Assembly (NCBI GenBank): GCA_026395175.1
Contig: JAPLZF010000010.1
Coordinates: 4,450 to 68,449, forward strand
DNA: 64,000 bases
Direction: 5' to 3'
From: Candidatus Staskawiczbacteria bacterium
GTDB taxonomy: Bacteria; Patescibacteriota; Minisyncoccia; Minisyncoccales; Staskawiczbacteraceae
Positions within the stretch are counted from its first letter, which is position 1, and each line of letters starts with the position of its first letter. The translations under genes and the position numbers were made by a program. Shown piece after piece: positions 9,123-17,180 of the stretch. Below the pieces are notes generated by a model. It saw nothing but the letters and a program-made list of their open reading frames with translations. It was not told where the DNA came from and did not search any database.

Positions 9123-9174
9123 ATTATACCATAAAAACCAATTGTCAACCCTATTTCTTGTTTTCTGTGGATAA
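9123..9174 (-). promoter_or_regulatory. Putative promoter of the PAS-SBP-kinase-REC operon with TTATCCACAG box
   Basis: rc reads AAAGTTATCCACAGAAAAC-..-TTGACA-14 nt-(TGG)TATAAT; box 9165-9174, -35 9143-9148, -10 9123-9128; roughly 100-nt leader to the ATG at 9010. Confidence 0.6.
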
Positions 9175-9193
9175 CTTTTTTGTACAAAAAAAG

Positions 9194-9278
9194 CGGAGGG
9201 GGTGAGATTCGAACTCACGATACCCTTTCGGGTAATGGTTTTCGAAACCATCCTGATAAACCGCTCCAGCACCCCTCC
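9194..9278 (-). tRNA. tRNA-Ser (anticodon CGA)
   Basis: rc GGAGGGGTGCTGGAGCGG...ATGGT-TTCGAAA-ACCAT...long variable arm ACCCGAAAGGGT...GTGAGTTCGAATCTCACCCCCTCCG; cloverleaf folds by eye; no encoded CCA. Confidence 0.9.
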
Positions 9279-9347
9279 ATAAAATTATCTTACCACACTT
9301 TTACTAAAAATACGGCTTCTGCCGTATTTTTGTTTTTTAAAATTTTT

Positions 9348-9767
9348 CTATTTAACCTCATTTTTTACAAAAACTTTGTGCCAGTCGTTGAAGTCATAAA
9401 TATCGTGCGCAATAACTCCGCAGATAAACCCCACGAAAAATCTTGGAAGATAAAAATAATCAATAAACCAAACTATCAGCAAAAACATAGCTCCCAAAAT
9501 CCAATGATGCAAATGAAGCTTGTATTTTCCGCAATCAATAAAAATGCAATCTACTTTTCCGTTTTCAACAAAAAGCTTTGAAAATATTTTTGAACCAATA
9601 TATCCCAGCGCCAACCCCAATGCCAAAAGAAAGGAATAATAAAATGATGCCACCAGCACGAATGCCGGCAGATATTTCCTTACTTTTGAGTTTTTGTTGT
9701 CTGATTTTGCTAATTCGAGGTCTATTAATTTATCGTTTATGTTGCTTAATTCAGCATTGTTTTCCAT
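9348..9767 (-). CDS. Polytopic membrane protein, unknown function
   Basis: 139-aa ORF with 3-4 hydrophobic helices (YLPAFVLVASFYYSFLLALGLALGYIG, HHWILGAMFLLIVWFIDYFYL). Confidence 0.6.
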   Translation of the reverse strand: MENNAELSNINDKLIDLELAKSDNKNSKVRKYLPAFVLVASFYYSFLLALGLALGYIGSKIFSKLFVENGKVDCIFIDCGKYKLHLHHWILGAMFLLIVWFIDYFYLPRFFVGFICGVIAHDIYDFNDWHKVFVKNEVK

Positions 9768-9841
9768 ATTTAATTATTTTATCATCATCAAAAACCCCTG
9801 TCCATAGTCAAGCCCTATTTTTATCCCCAGCTTAAAAATAC

Positions 9842-9883
9842 AAAAAAAGAGGCGTGGAACAAGTTTTTACACTTGCCACGCCT
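9842..9883 (-). terminator. Rho-independent terminator of cassette A
   Basis: rc AGGCGTGGCAAGT-GTAAAA-ACTTGTTCCACGCCT followed by C-TTTTTTT; begins 23 nt after the TGA at 9906-9908. Confidence 0.8.
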
Positions 9884-9905
9884 TTGGCTAATCACCCGAA
9901 AGTGA

Positions 9906-10991
9906 TCAGCCCATACCTCCGTCGCCGTAGTAATACGGCGGGATGCTCGGCTGGTCCTGATCCCAATCGTCAAAGTCGAACCAGACGTCATATACGCACC
10001 CCGCGTCAAACTGCACGCGAAGATCCTGACTCGGGATAACCGTGTAGGATAGCGCTTCGGTCATACCAACTCCGATTTTCCGAATCAAAACATGTTCAGC
10101 GAGCTCGCCTGTCGGAGACACACCGAACAACTTCACTATCCGGCTAGTCTTGAACGAAACCTGGAATACAGGGTTAGCGTAAACTGCCGCCTTGCCCACA
10201 CCCAGATTTATGTCGTTCGGGTCGTCCAAGAATACGGTGTTGTCGAAGGTTGCGTTTCCGCCAACTTCGAACATCTCTGGGTCAACGCTTGCCCCCGTAC
10301 CGATGTCGTAGACTGTGGGAACATTTCCGCCAGTGTAGACAGCCAGTTGCCCTGACCAGCCAGCTCCTTCGAGCCCTGTCAAAGAGGTCGGGAAAAAGAA
10401 TCGGCCATTGTTCCAGGCGTTCAACGGGACCCATTGTGGCTGAGTCTCTCCGGCCGGCTTCACTAGGGCAAACGCCGATGTAACCCCAGGCAAAGAGATT
10501 GGAATCTCGTTTGCCATTTCCATGACTACGCTGTCGGCGCCATTTGGCACTGCCCAACCGCCCGGACCAGGAACCGGGTAAAACTGGTTCTGTCCGAAGA
10601 ACAGTTGAGCGCCATAGCTGTCTGAGAAGTTCATGCCGAACGTCAATTGTAACGACGTGTCCATGGCACCGAACTCAAGTAGGTCTTTCACTACTGACGA
10701 CACAATCTTCCTGACGTCGGGGTCCGATCCAGTCACGCTCGTGTATGTCTTGCCGGTGAGAATTCCCGGGCTGCCTATCCATTTCTGCGCCGAGGCAACC
10801 TGTTCCTTAGCGTAAGAGAACAGAGCCTTGCGTGAGGTGATCATCGGAAGGGCATCTGGTAAGCTTACCGTCGGCATTGAGGCCGAAGCTGAAACCACGG
10901 TCGGTAACGTGTTATCACCACCCGCTGCCATCGCGCTCATTCCCGCCATCAACGTAACCAACAAAACTACCAAAAACGTGTGTGTGTTCAT
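9906..10991 (-). CDS. Secreted protein of unknown function (GC-rich cassette A, 361 aa)
   Basis: Start moved to ATG at 10991 (MNTHTFLVVLLVTLMAGMSAMAAGG, a signal-peptide-like N-terminus) with GGGAGA 8 nt upstream; the track ORF is 52 codons longer. No domain I recognise; ends WFDFDDWDQDQPSIPPYYYGDGGMG. Confidence 0.7.
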   Translation of the reverse strand: MNTHTFLVVLLVTLMAGMSAMAAGGDNTLPTVVSASASMPTVSLPDALPMITSRKALFSYAKEQVASAQKWIGSPGILTGKTYTSVTGSDPDVRKIVSSVVKDLLEFGAMDTSLQLTFGMNFSDSYGAQLFFGQNQFYPVPGPGGWAVPNGADSVVMEMANEIPISLPGVTSAFALVKPAGETQPQWVPLNAWNNGRFFFPTSLTGLEGAGWSGQLAVYTGGNVPTVYDIGTGASVDPEMFEVGGNATFDNTVFLDDPNDINLGVGKAAVYANPVFQVSFKTSRIVKLFGVSPTGELAEHVLIRKIGVGMTEALSYTVIPSQDLRVQFDAGCVYDVWFDFDDWDQDQPSIPPYYYGDGGMG

Positions 10992-11088
10992 GTCGTATTC
11001 TCCCATTTCATTTCTTCCACCCACAGCAGTGCATCCAGAACACCCTTCAGCACTGCTCACTGCAACTTCACATACCATCCCGTTCCAG

Positions 11089-11358
11089 TTATTTGTCGGT
11101 CGCATCTCCTTCCTTTTTTTCATCCGCAAAAATGACATGTCCCCCAATTACGAAAGTTGCGCCTTTCGGCACTTCAACTTTCTGAGGTTCAGTCTTTTCC
11201 GGGACGGTCTCCTTCCGCGGTTCGACAGCCGTTACGACTTTTGCGGGCTGTTGATATCCTTTGGCTGGAACCGCCTTATCGGCAGTCCTATCCAAAAAGA
11301 TGATCAGAGCCAAGAATGCAAACGCCACTGCCAGAAAACCTGCCACTGCTTTTTTCAC
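11089..11358 (-). CDS. Small bitopic membrane protein (GC-rich cassette A, 89 aa)
   Basis: GTG at 11358 preceded by GGAGGGAG (5-nt spacer): VKKAVAGFLAVAFAFLALIIFLD..., then a Pro/Glu/Lys/Thr linker (EPRKETVPEKTEPQK) and a short C-terminal segment ATFVIGGHVIFADEKK. The 97-nt gap to the next gene holds an 8-bp hairpin (AGCAGTGC...GCACTGCT). Confidence 0.55.
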   Translation of the reverse strand: MKKAVAGFLAVAFAFLALIIFLDRTADKAVPAKGYQQPAKVVTAVEPRKETVPEKTEPQKVEVPKGATFVIGGHVIFADEKKEGDATDK

Positions 11359-11472
11359 GTTTCTCCCTCCATTTTTCCGACCAAATTGACAAAGGACTTG
11401 CGGTCCAAACCTTGCACAAGCAGGGTAGGACAAATAAAAACATGGTTTTCACCATATATTTATTATCTCATT

Positions 11473-11501
11473 ATCATATCACAATTTGACTAACGTGTCA
11501 A
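11473..11501 (-). promoter_or_regulatory. Promoter of cassette A
   Basis: rc GAAAGC-TTGACA-17 nt-TATGAT; -35 11496-11501, -10 11473-11478; about 110-nt leader. Confidence 0.6.
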
Positions 11502-11548
11502 GCTTTCACTTATTTAAAAATTTATGTTATTGTTAGATTAAATACAAT

Positions 11549-11620
11549 GCCCTCGTCGTTCAACGGATAGGACGGAAGTTTCCTAAACTTTAAATGGAGG
11601 TTCGATTCCTCCCGAGGGCA
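11549..11620 (+). tRNA. tRNA-Arg (anticodon CCT)
   Basis: GCCCTCG..GAAGT-TTCCTAA-ACTTT..GGAGGTTCGATTCCTCC-CGAGGGC-A; no encoded CCA. Confidence 0.9.
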
Positions 11621-11645
11621 CAAAATAAAATTAAAATAAAAAAAT

Positions 11646-12572
11646 ATGAAATCTCCAATAATAGAAATTGCAAAAAAAGTTTGCCCGGCGGAAGGGAAAG
11701 TGGAAAAAACCCAAATTGGAGGAGGTTCTGGCTTTATTGTTTCTGAAAACGGATATGTTTTAACCTCAAACCATGTGGTTTCAGACACCACAGCCGACTA
11801 CACGGTAATTTTAGACCCAAAGCGCAAATATCCTGCCAAAATTTTATCAAGAAATCCAATTAACGACACTGCTGTCTTAAAAATTGACGACGGAAAATTG
11901 CCATATTTAGAAATGGCAGATTCAGACAAAATTGAGCTTGGCGAAGAAGTAATCGCGGTTGGAAATGCCTTGGGCGAATTCACAGACACGCTGTCGGCTG
12001 GAATCATTTCCGGGCTTTCGCGCTTTATTACAGCTTTTGGCGGAATGGACCACCAAATGCAAAACTTGCGAGGCTTAATACAAACCGATGCGGCAATAAA
12101 TCCGGGAAATTCCGGCGGACCATTAATAAATATGGAAGGAAAAGTTGTCGGAATAAATACTGCAATGATTGCCGGGGCGCAAAATATTGGTTTTGCAATT
12201 CCAATAAATTATGCCAAAAAAGATTTGGCGGAAGTTAAAAAATATGGAAAAATAATGATGCCGTTTTTGGGAGTAAAATATGTTTTAATTTCAAAAGAAA
12301 TGGCAGAAGCCAATAAATTGCCTGCAAACGACGGAGCTTTGGTGGTAAGAGAAGCTTTGGGAGAACCGCCAGTCATAAAAGGTTCTTCGGCAGACAAGGC
12401 CGGCGTTAAAGAATGGGACATAATTTTAGAATGCAACGGCGAAAAAATTACCTCAAAAAATCCTTTGGCAGACATTTTGCAAAAATGCAAAATTGGAAGC
12501 CAGACAACTTTGCTGGTCTTGCGCGACGGAAAAAGATTAAGCCTTTCTGCAAAACTGGAAGAAAAAATTTAG
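11646..12572 (+). CDS. HtrA/DegP-like serine protease (trypsin fold + PDZ)
   Basis: 308 aa; GSGFIVSENGYVLTSNHVV (His), ND(T)AVLKI (Asp), NPGNSGGPLINMEGKVVGINT (Ser); C-terminal PDZ-like GSSADKAGVKEWDIILECNG. Confidence 0.9.
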   Translation: MKSPIIEIAKKVCPAEGKVEKTQIGGGSGFIVSENGYVLTSNHVVSDTTADYTVILDPKRKYPAKILSRNPINDTAVLKIDDGKLPYLEMADSDKIELGEEVIAVGNALGEFTDTLSAGIISGLSRFITAFGGMDHQMQNLRGLIQTDAAINPGNSGGPLINMEGKVVGINTAMIAGAQNIGFAIPINYAKKDLAEVKKYGKIMMPFLGVKYVLISKEMAEANKLPANDGALVVREALGEPPVIKGSSADKAGVKEWDIILECNGEKITSKNPLADILQKCKIGSQTTLLVLRDGKRLSLSAKLEEKI

Positions 12573-12589
12573 GTTTGGTATAATAAATA

Positions 12590-13777
12590 ATGTTTAAAAA
12601 TTTAAAACTTTCGCATTATTTAATTTTTGCGCTTGTTATTTTGTTAATTGTTTTTCAAACTATAGCAATAGTAATTTTGTGTTCGCCTGTCGCCACTTCA
12701 ACCGCTGGCTTGACGCCCGACCAAATGTCAGCAATAACCAAATTGCTTTATTCGTTTGGAGCAGACGAAACAACAGTTGCCAAAGTTCAAGACGCATTAA
12801 ACGGAAACGCCAGCAAATCTTTGGGCTACCCGGCTGTTACAATAACCAGCGTTAAACTATCAACAAATCCTTGGCTTGGAGGAACAGGCAACACAATTTT
12901 AGTCAGCGGGTCAGGCATGAGCAACAAGCCAGACCTCAACATTAGTGTTTGCCATCCTGCGCCAACTGCCGTTCCTTGCCTTTCTTTGTCTTACAACAAA
13001 ACCGACCTGGCAAGTTATTACTGCTACGGCAACGATTCGTGCGTTGTTAAAACCTCGGAGATTGGCTCCAATCTTTATGCCAACAACCAGCAAGTTTTTG
13101 ATTCTGTTCCGCAAACCAGTTTAAAAGTTTGCGCAACCGGCACAAATCCGTCTTGCGCGTCTGTTAATTTTTCTTACACTCCGGCGCCAGCTACTGCTTC
13201 ATCTATAACAATGGTTGCTCCAGAATCGCTTTTTTGGACAGGCGGAACAACACAAACTTTAACAATTTCCGGTTTCAATTTTTCCGGCCAAACTCTCGAC
13301 ATTAGAATTTGCCACCCAACAACTCCAGGCCTTTGCCTTGCAACTCCTTTCACTTACACCAATAATACTTGCCAAAGCAATTTTGCAACCCATTTAACTA
13401 CTTGCACTTTAACCACCTCGGTAATTGGTTCTTATTTGTCGACAAATAATTTAAAATATTTTAGCGATGATAAAATAACCTCAATGCTAAGAGTTTGCCC
13501 AACCGCAACCTCACCTTTAACAGCTTGCTTTGCAAGAAACTTTACTTACACGCCAGTCGGAGGAATTGTTCCGCCTGTGGTAATTCCACCAATTACTCCA
13601 ACAGACTCATCAGTATCGCCAACATTTAATATGCCAACCGGCGGTGGATGTTTAACAGGTGAGTGTGTTTGCGTTGTTGGTGTAAAAAAAATATGTGCCA
13701 GTCCCATGCAAGATGGAACCAGTTGTTTAGCAGGAAATCCTAATTTTGTCGGCACTTCTTGCGCCAATTCAAAATAA
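12590..13777 (+). CDS. Cys-rich secreted protein with two internal ~100-aa repeats
   Basis: 395 aa; N-terminus MFKNLKLSHYLIFALVILLIVF closely matches that of the 41052 gene. Repeats have the form ..(I/V)SG..(M/F)S....L(N/D)I.(V/I)CHP....(P/L)CL......Y(T/N)...C...FSYTP / FTYTP. Confidence 0.75.
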   Translation: MFKNLKLSHYLIFALVILLIVFQTIAIVILCSPVATSTAGLTPDQMSAITKLLYSFGADETTVAKVQDALNGNASKSLGYPAVTITSVKLSTNPWLGGTGNTILVSGSGMSNKPDLNISVCHPAPTAVPCLSLSYNKTDLASYYCYGNDSCVVKTSEIGSNLYANNQQVFDSVPQTSLKVCATGTNPSCASVNFSYTPAPATASSITMVAPESLFWTGGTTQTLTISGFNFSGQTLDIRICHPTTPGLCLATPFTYTNNTCQSNFATHLTTCTLTTSVIGSYLSTNNLKYFSDDKITSMLRVCPTATSPLTACFARNFTYTPVGGIVPPVVIPPITPTDSSVSPTFNMPTGGGCLTGECVCVVGVKKICASPMQDGTSCLAGNPNFVGTSCANSK

Positions 13778-13780
13778 AAT

Positions 13781-15268
13781 ATGAAAACTATTTTTTCGTC
13801 AAAATTTATTTCATTGTTTCTATTTTCCGGTTTTGCTTTATTTTCTTTTCCTATTCTTACATTTTCTGCTGTTGCCGACCACGTTCAAATTGGCTCTGAG
13901 TGCCAAGGCTCAATTAACCAAAACCAAACTTGTAATATTATCAAAGACCGAGGCCAAACTCTGGTGCATTTAAAATGGGACTTGTCAGGTTATTATTCTT
14001 CCGGCAAAGTTCAAACCTGCCAGTTGGAAAAAAATTATCCCAGCCAATATGATACTAAACGCCATTTTTATAGTATTGGTATTTACAAAGATAGCAAAGA
14101 CGTTATTAACAACAATCTTCCGGTTTCAGTATTAATCCCGCTTAAAGTTAAAGACGATGTTTGGGTGCCAGCGCCGACAGGACAAACTAATAGTGAAGAT
14201 ATTTATCAAATTGATTGCTGGGATAAATACTGGTATCTGGACAAAAGTATTTCTACGAAGTCGACAAATCCTGCCAATGAACAATTCGGACCAGAAAAAG
14301 ATGTGAAGCTGGTTGAATCCTGCGAAGTGCCATTTGCTTCAATTGCAAAAGATTTAAATCACAATATCCTTACCGACATAACAGAAAATAGTTTTAGAGA
14401 TTGGGCATCTGATGACACTGAAGATTCTAATTCTATATTTGATCCTGTTACAAGGAAAACCAATCCATTTGGTTCTGGAGACAAGACTGATATCATACGT
14501 GGAATTATCTATAATCAATGTACTACTGCTTGCCCCATACCTCCTTCTGATATTACATGGAAAACTGCCATTTCTGATTTAGAAAAAATTATTCCAAGTA
14601 CAAAATATCCAAACAAAAAAGATGCCGAACAATTAAGTCTTGTTTTTCATGATGCAAATATACCTTATAATCATACTGGCAACCATTCTGTCATTGCCAC
14701 CTTCGTTACTGATCCGGGCGATGGAACCGCTACAATTACATATTTGGATCCTAATGGACCGACTAACAATCTATTTATATATTGCGGGCGAAAAACGGAT
14801 AATATCCCTGCAGACCATACAGACAAATGGTGCTTTTCTCCTAAGGGTAATAAATTTGTTAACCCTTTTGTGGATACAGTCGACGCACAACAACAAGCCA
14901 ATCTTTCATCGGCACGAAATAATTTTATAAACTCAAATCAAAATTTTTGCAGTGATCCTAAACACAGCGACTATTGCAAACGCGATATTAACCAATGGAT
15001 ACGAACCAATTATCCTGATATAAATAATTTTAGTGTTACTAATCTAGATTTAGGCGGTTGTTGCAAAGGTTGGACGGATTTTGTTATGAGGGTTGCATAT
15101 TTAGGAGACTTTGTCGGGTATGATTACCATCCAAACGATGGAAAATATGTCAATCAAGATTGCGATGCCAACCATTACCCCTTGCCCACAAAATCCGCTT
15201 TTCTTGACTCAACAAACTTTCTGGGAAGTATTTTAACACCCATCATCAATTTCTTTGCCCAAAAATAA
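13781..15268 (+). CDS. Secreted protein, unknown function
   Basis: 495-aa ORF 3 nt after the previous gene; signal peptide MKTIFSSKFISLFLFSGFALFSFPILTFSA; several Cys pairs; no catalytic motif recognised. Confidence 0.7.
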   Translation: MKTIFSSKFISLFLFSGFALFSFPILTFSAVADHVQIGSECQGSINQNQTCNIIKDRGQTLVHLKWDLSGYYSSGKVQTCQLEKNYPSQYDTKRHFYSIGIYKDSKDVINNNLPVSVLIPLKVKDDVWVPAPTGQTNSEDIYQIDCWDKYWYLDKSISTKSTNPANEQFGPEKDVKLVESCEVPFASIAKDLNHNILTDITENSFRDWASDDTEDSNSIFDPVTRKTNPFGSGDKTDIIRGIIYNQCTTACPIPPSDITWKTAISDLEKIIPSTKYPNKKDAEQLSLVFHDANIPYNHTGNHSVIATFVTDPGDGTATITYLDPNGPTNNLFIYCGRKTDNIPADHTDKWCFSPKGNKFVNPFVDTVDAQQQANLSSARNNFINSNQNFCSDPKHSDYCKRDINQWIRTNYPDINNFSVTNLDLGGCCKGWTDFVMRVAYLGDFVGYDYHPNDGKYVNQDCDANHYPLPTKSAFLDSTNFLGSILTPIINFFAQK

Positions 15269-15274
15269 TTAACA

Positions 15275-15298
15275 AAAAACCGCCTTCGGGCGATTTTT
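15275..15298. terminator. Bidirectional UUCG-tetraloop terminator
   Basis: AAAAAACCGCC-TTCG-GGCGATTTTTG between convergent genes. Confidence 0.8.
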
Positions 15299-15309
15299 GT
15301 TTTTGCTTT

Positions 15310-15582
15310 TTATTTTTTGTTTGGCAATGCGAGAACGTTTTCTAAATAGTCAACTCGAGTTTCTAATTTTCCTGCATCACTAATTTTCTCATCTACAGAA
15401 ATTAATTTTTTTTCGACTTTTTCTAGCCGATTTTCTATTTTGTTAATTTTTTCTTTAGTCCATTTTTCAAAATCACCCACCTGCTCTTTGGTAGCTACTT
15501 TTTCAAAACGCTCATCAACTCCATTAAATCCTCTTTGGACCATTGTCGCCAAATCATTTATTGTTATATTTTTCTTTGCCAT
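15310..15582 (-). CDS. Small coiled-coil protein, unknown function
   Basis: 90-aa ORF, heptad-rich (KINKIENRLEKVEKKLISVDEKI); TTGACA-containing promoter-like sequence at about 15590-15612. Confidence 0.5.
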   Translation of the reverse strand: MAKKNITINDLATMVQRGFNGVDERFEKVATKEQVGDFEKWTKEKINKIENRLEKVEKKLISVDEKISDAGKLETRVDYLENVLALPNKK

Positions 15583-15614
15583 ACATTTTTATTATATATC
15601 AAACAAAATCCGTG

Positions 15615-16361
15615 TCAAACTTGGATTTTGCTGAATAAATAACTGCCGATTGCAATTACAACAAACACAATGCCAAGCATTATCCAAAAATCGGTAAATA
15701 AGCCAAATTCTGCCACGCCTCCCAAAGTGCCTCGAAGCCCGTCAACGCCGTAAGTTAAAGGATCAAATTTTACTACAACCTCTAATACGCTCGGCAAATT
15801 TTTAAGAGGAAAAAGCGCGCCGGAAAGGAAGAAAATCGGCATTACCAAAAAGTTCATAATTAATTGGAATCCGTGCATATCTTCCAGAACAGAAGCAATT
15901 GCAGTTCCCACCGCGGTAAAAAGCAAAGCAATCATTATCATAAAAACAAAAGCCAATACCAAAAGCCCTGCATTTTGCATATGGAAACCAAGCAAAAGTG
16001 AAATCAAAAAAACAATTATTCCCTGCATTACCGCCACTGTAGCTCCTCCCAAAGTTCTGCCCAACATAATTTGCCAGCGGGGAACCGGAGCCACCATTGT
16101 TTCTTTTAAAAATCCAAATTGCCTGTCCCAAATAACGCTGATTCCGGAAAAAACAGCCAAAAACAAAATACTCATCGAAATAATTCCCGGAACTAAAAAT
16201 TGGACATAGTCTCCTTGTCCTGCCGCTTTAAATACCGGTCCCAATCCAAAACCGAGAGCAAGCAAAAATAATATTGGCTGGCCCAAAGAACCGATTATTC
16301 TTGATTTTGACCTGAAATATTTTTTAACTTCTCTCACCCAGAGAGTATAAATTGCTATCAT
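15615..16361 (-). CDS. ABC-2 type transporter permease
   Basis: 248 aa, six hydrophobic helices, immediately downstream of the ATPase gene. Confidence 0.85.
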   Translation of the reverse strand: MIAIYTLWVREVKKYFRSKSRIIGSLGQPILFLLALGFGLGPVFKAAGQGDYVQFLVPGIISMSILFLAVFSGISVIWDRQFGFLKETMVAPVPRWQIMLGRTLGGATVAVMQGIIVFLISLLLGFHMQNAGLLVLAFVFMIMIALLFTAVGTAIASVLEDMHGFQLIMNFLVMPIFFLSGALFPLKNLPSVLEVVVKFDPLTYGVDGLRGTLGGVAEFGLFTDFWIMLGIVFVVIAIGSYLFSKIQV

Positions 16362-16367
16362 AATTTT

Positions 16368-17159
16368 TTATCTTCGCCATGCGCGAGCTCTGCCAGACAT
16401 GGCTTGATTTTTAACTTTTTCTTCGCGGATTTCCTTTCCCGTAAGAGCCAAAAATGCGTCTTCTAAAGAATCTTTGTGTGTCTGTTCTTTCAACTCTTTT
16501 GAAGTTCCTTGGGCAACAATTTTCCCATGGTCTATTATTGCAATTCTGTCTGAAACTTTATCTGCTTCTTCCATATAATGAGTTGTCAAAAAAACCGTCG
16601 TTCCTTCTTCCTCGTTCATTTTTTTTAAGTAAGTCCAAATGTGGTTTCTTGTCTGCGGGTCAAGCCCAATTGTCGGTTCGTCCAAAAATAAAACTTTCGG
16701 GTGATGCAAAAATCCCCGGGCAATTTCAAGACGCCTTTTCATTCCGCCGGAAAAATGTTTCACCAAATCTTTTCTTCTGTCCCAAAGCTCAACAAATTCC
16801 AAAAGCTGTTTTATTCTTTTTTTTCTTTCTTTCCATCCAACTTTATAGAGCATTCCGTGCATATCTAAATTTTCATAGGCAGTAAGATCATCGTCTAAGC
16901 TTGGGTCTTGAAAAACAATTCCAAAGGAAGACCTTACTTTGTCTGAATTTTTCGTTGGATCAAATTTATTGATTATAATCTCGCCAAATGTCGGATTAGT
17001 CAGGGTTGTAAGCATTTTTATGGTTGTTGTTTTTCCTGCACCATTTGGGCCCAAAAACGCAAAAATTTCCCCCTTTTTTACATTAAAAGATATGTCATCA
17101 ACCGCAGTAAAATCTTTAAATTTCTTGGTAAGATTTTTTATTTCTATTATATTATCCAT
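16368..17159 (-). CDS. ABC transporter ATP-binding protein (DrrA/ABC-2 class)
   Basis: Walker A GPNGAGKTTT, signature FSGGMKRRLEIA, Walker B VLFLDEPTIGLD. Confidence 0.92.
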   Translation of the reverse strand: MDNIIEIKNLTKKFKDFTAVDDISFNVKKGEIFAFLGPNGAGKTTTIKMLTTLTNPTFGEIIINKFDPTKNSDKVRSSFGIVFQDPSLDDDLTAYENLDMHGMLYKVGWKERKKRIKQLLEFVELWDRRKDLVKHFSGGMKRRLEIARGFLHHPKVLFLDEPTIGLDPQTRNHIWTYLKKMNEEEGTTVFLTTHYMEEADKVSDRIAIIDHGKIVAQGTSKELKEQTHKDSLEDAFLALTGKEIREEKVKNQAMSGRARAWRR

Positions 17160-17180
17160 CTTTTTAATACGTATAAAAAT

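Larger units (their letters stand above)
9842..11501 (-). other. GC-rich cassette A (self-contained two-gene unit, candidate horizontal acquisition)
   Basis: Hand count gives 50% GC on line 10021-10080 versus 33% on flank line 9481-9540. Bounded by its own promoter (11473-11501) and terminator (9842-9883). Confidence 0.7.

Noticed and set aside
532-9174. Perfect DnaA boxes considered as a replication origin.
   Set aside because: The boxes are kilobases apart rather than clustered. There is no adjacent AT-rich unwinding element with repeated 13-mers, and dnaA and dnaN are not in the window. A promoter-proximal regulatory role fits their positions better.
10828-11493. 221-aa plus-strand ORF spanning the 5' half of GC-rich cassette A, together with other short ORFs at 9821-11433.
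   Set aside because: GC-rich DNA produces long spurious frames. The minus-strand genes have SD sites, a signal peptide or TM anchor, a promoter and a terminator, whereas this frame has none of these and runs across the intergenic hairpin and the promoter.
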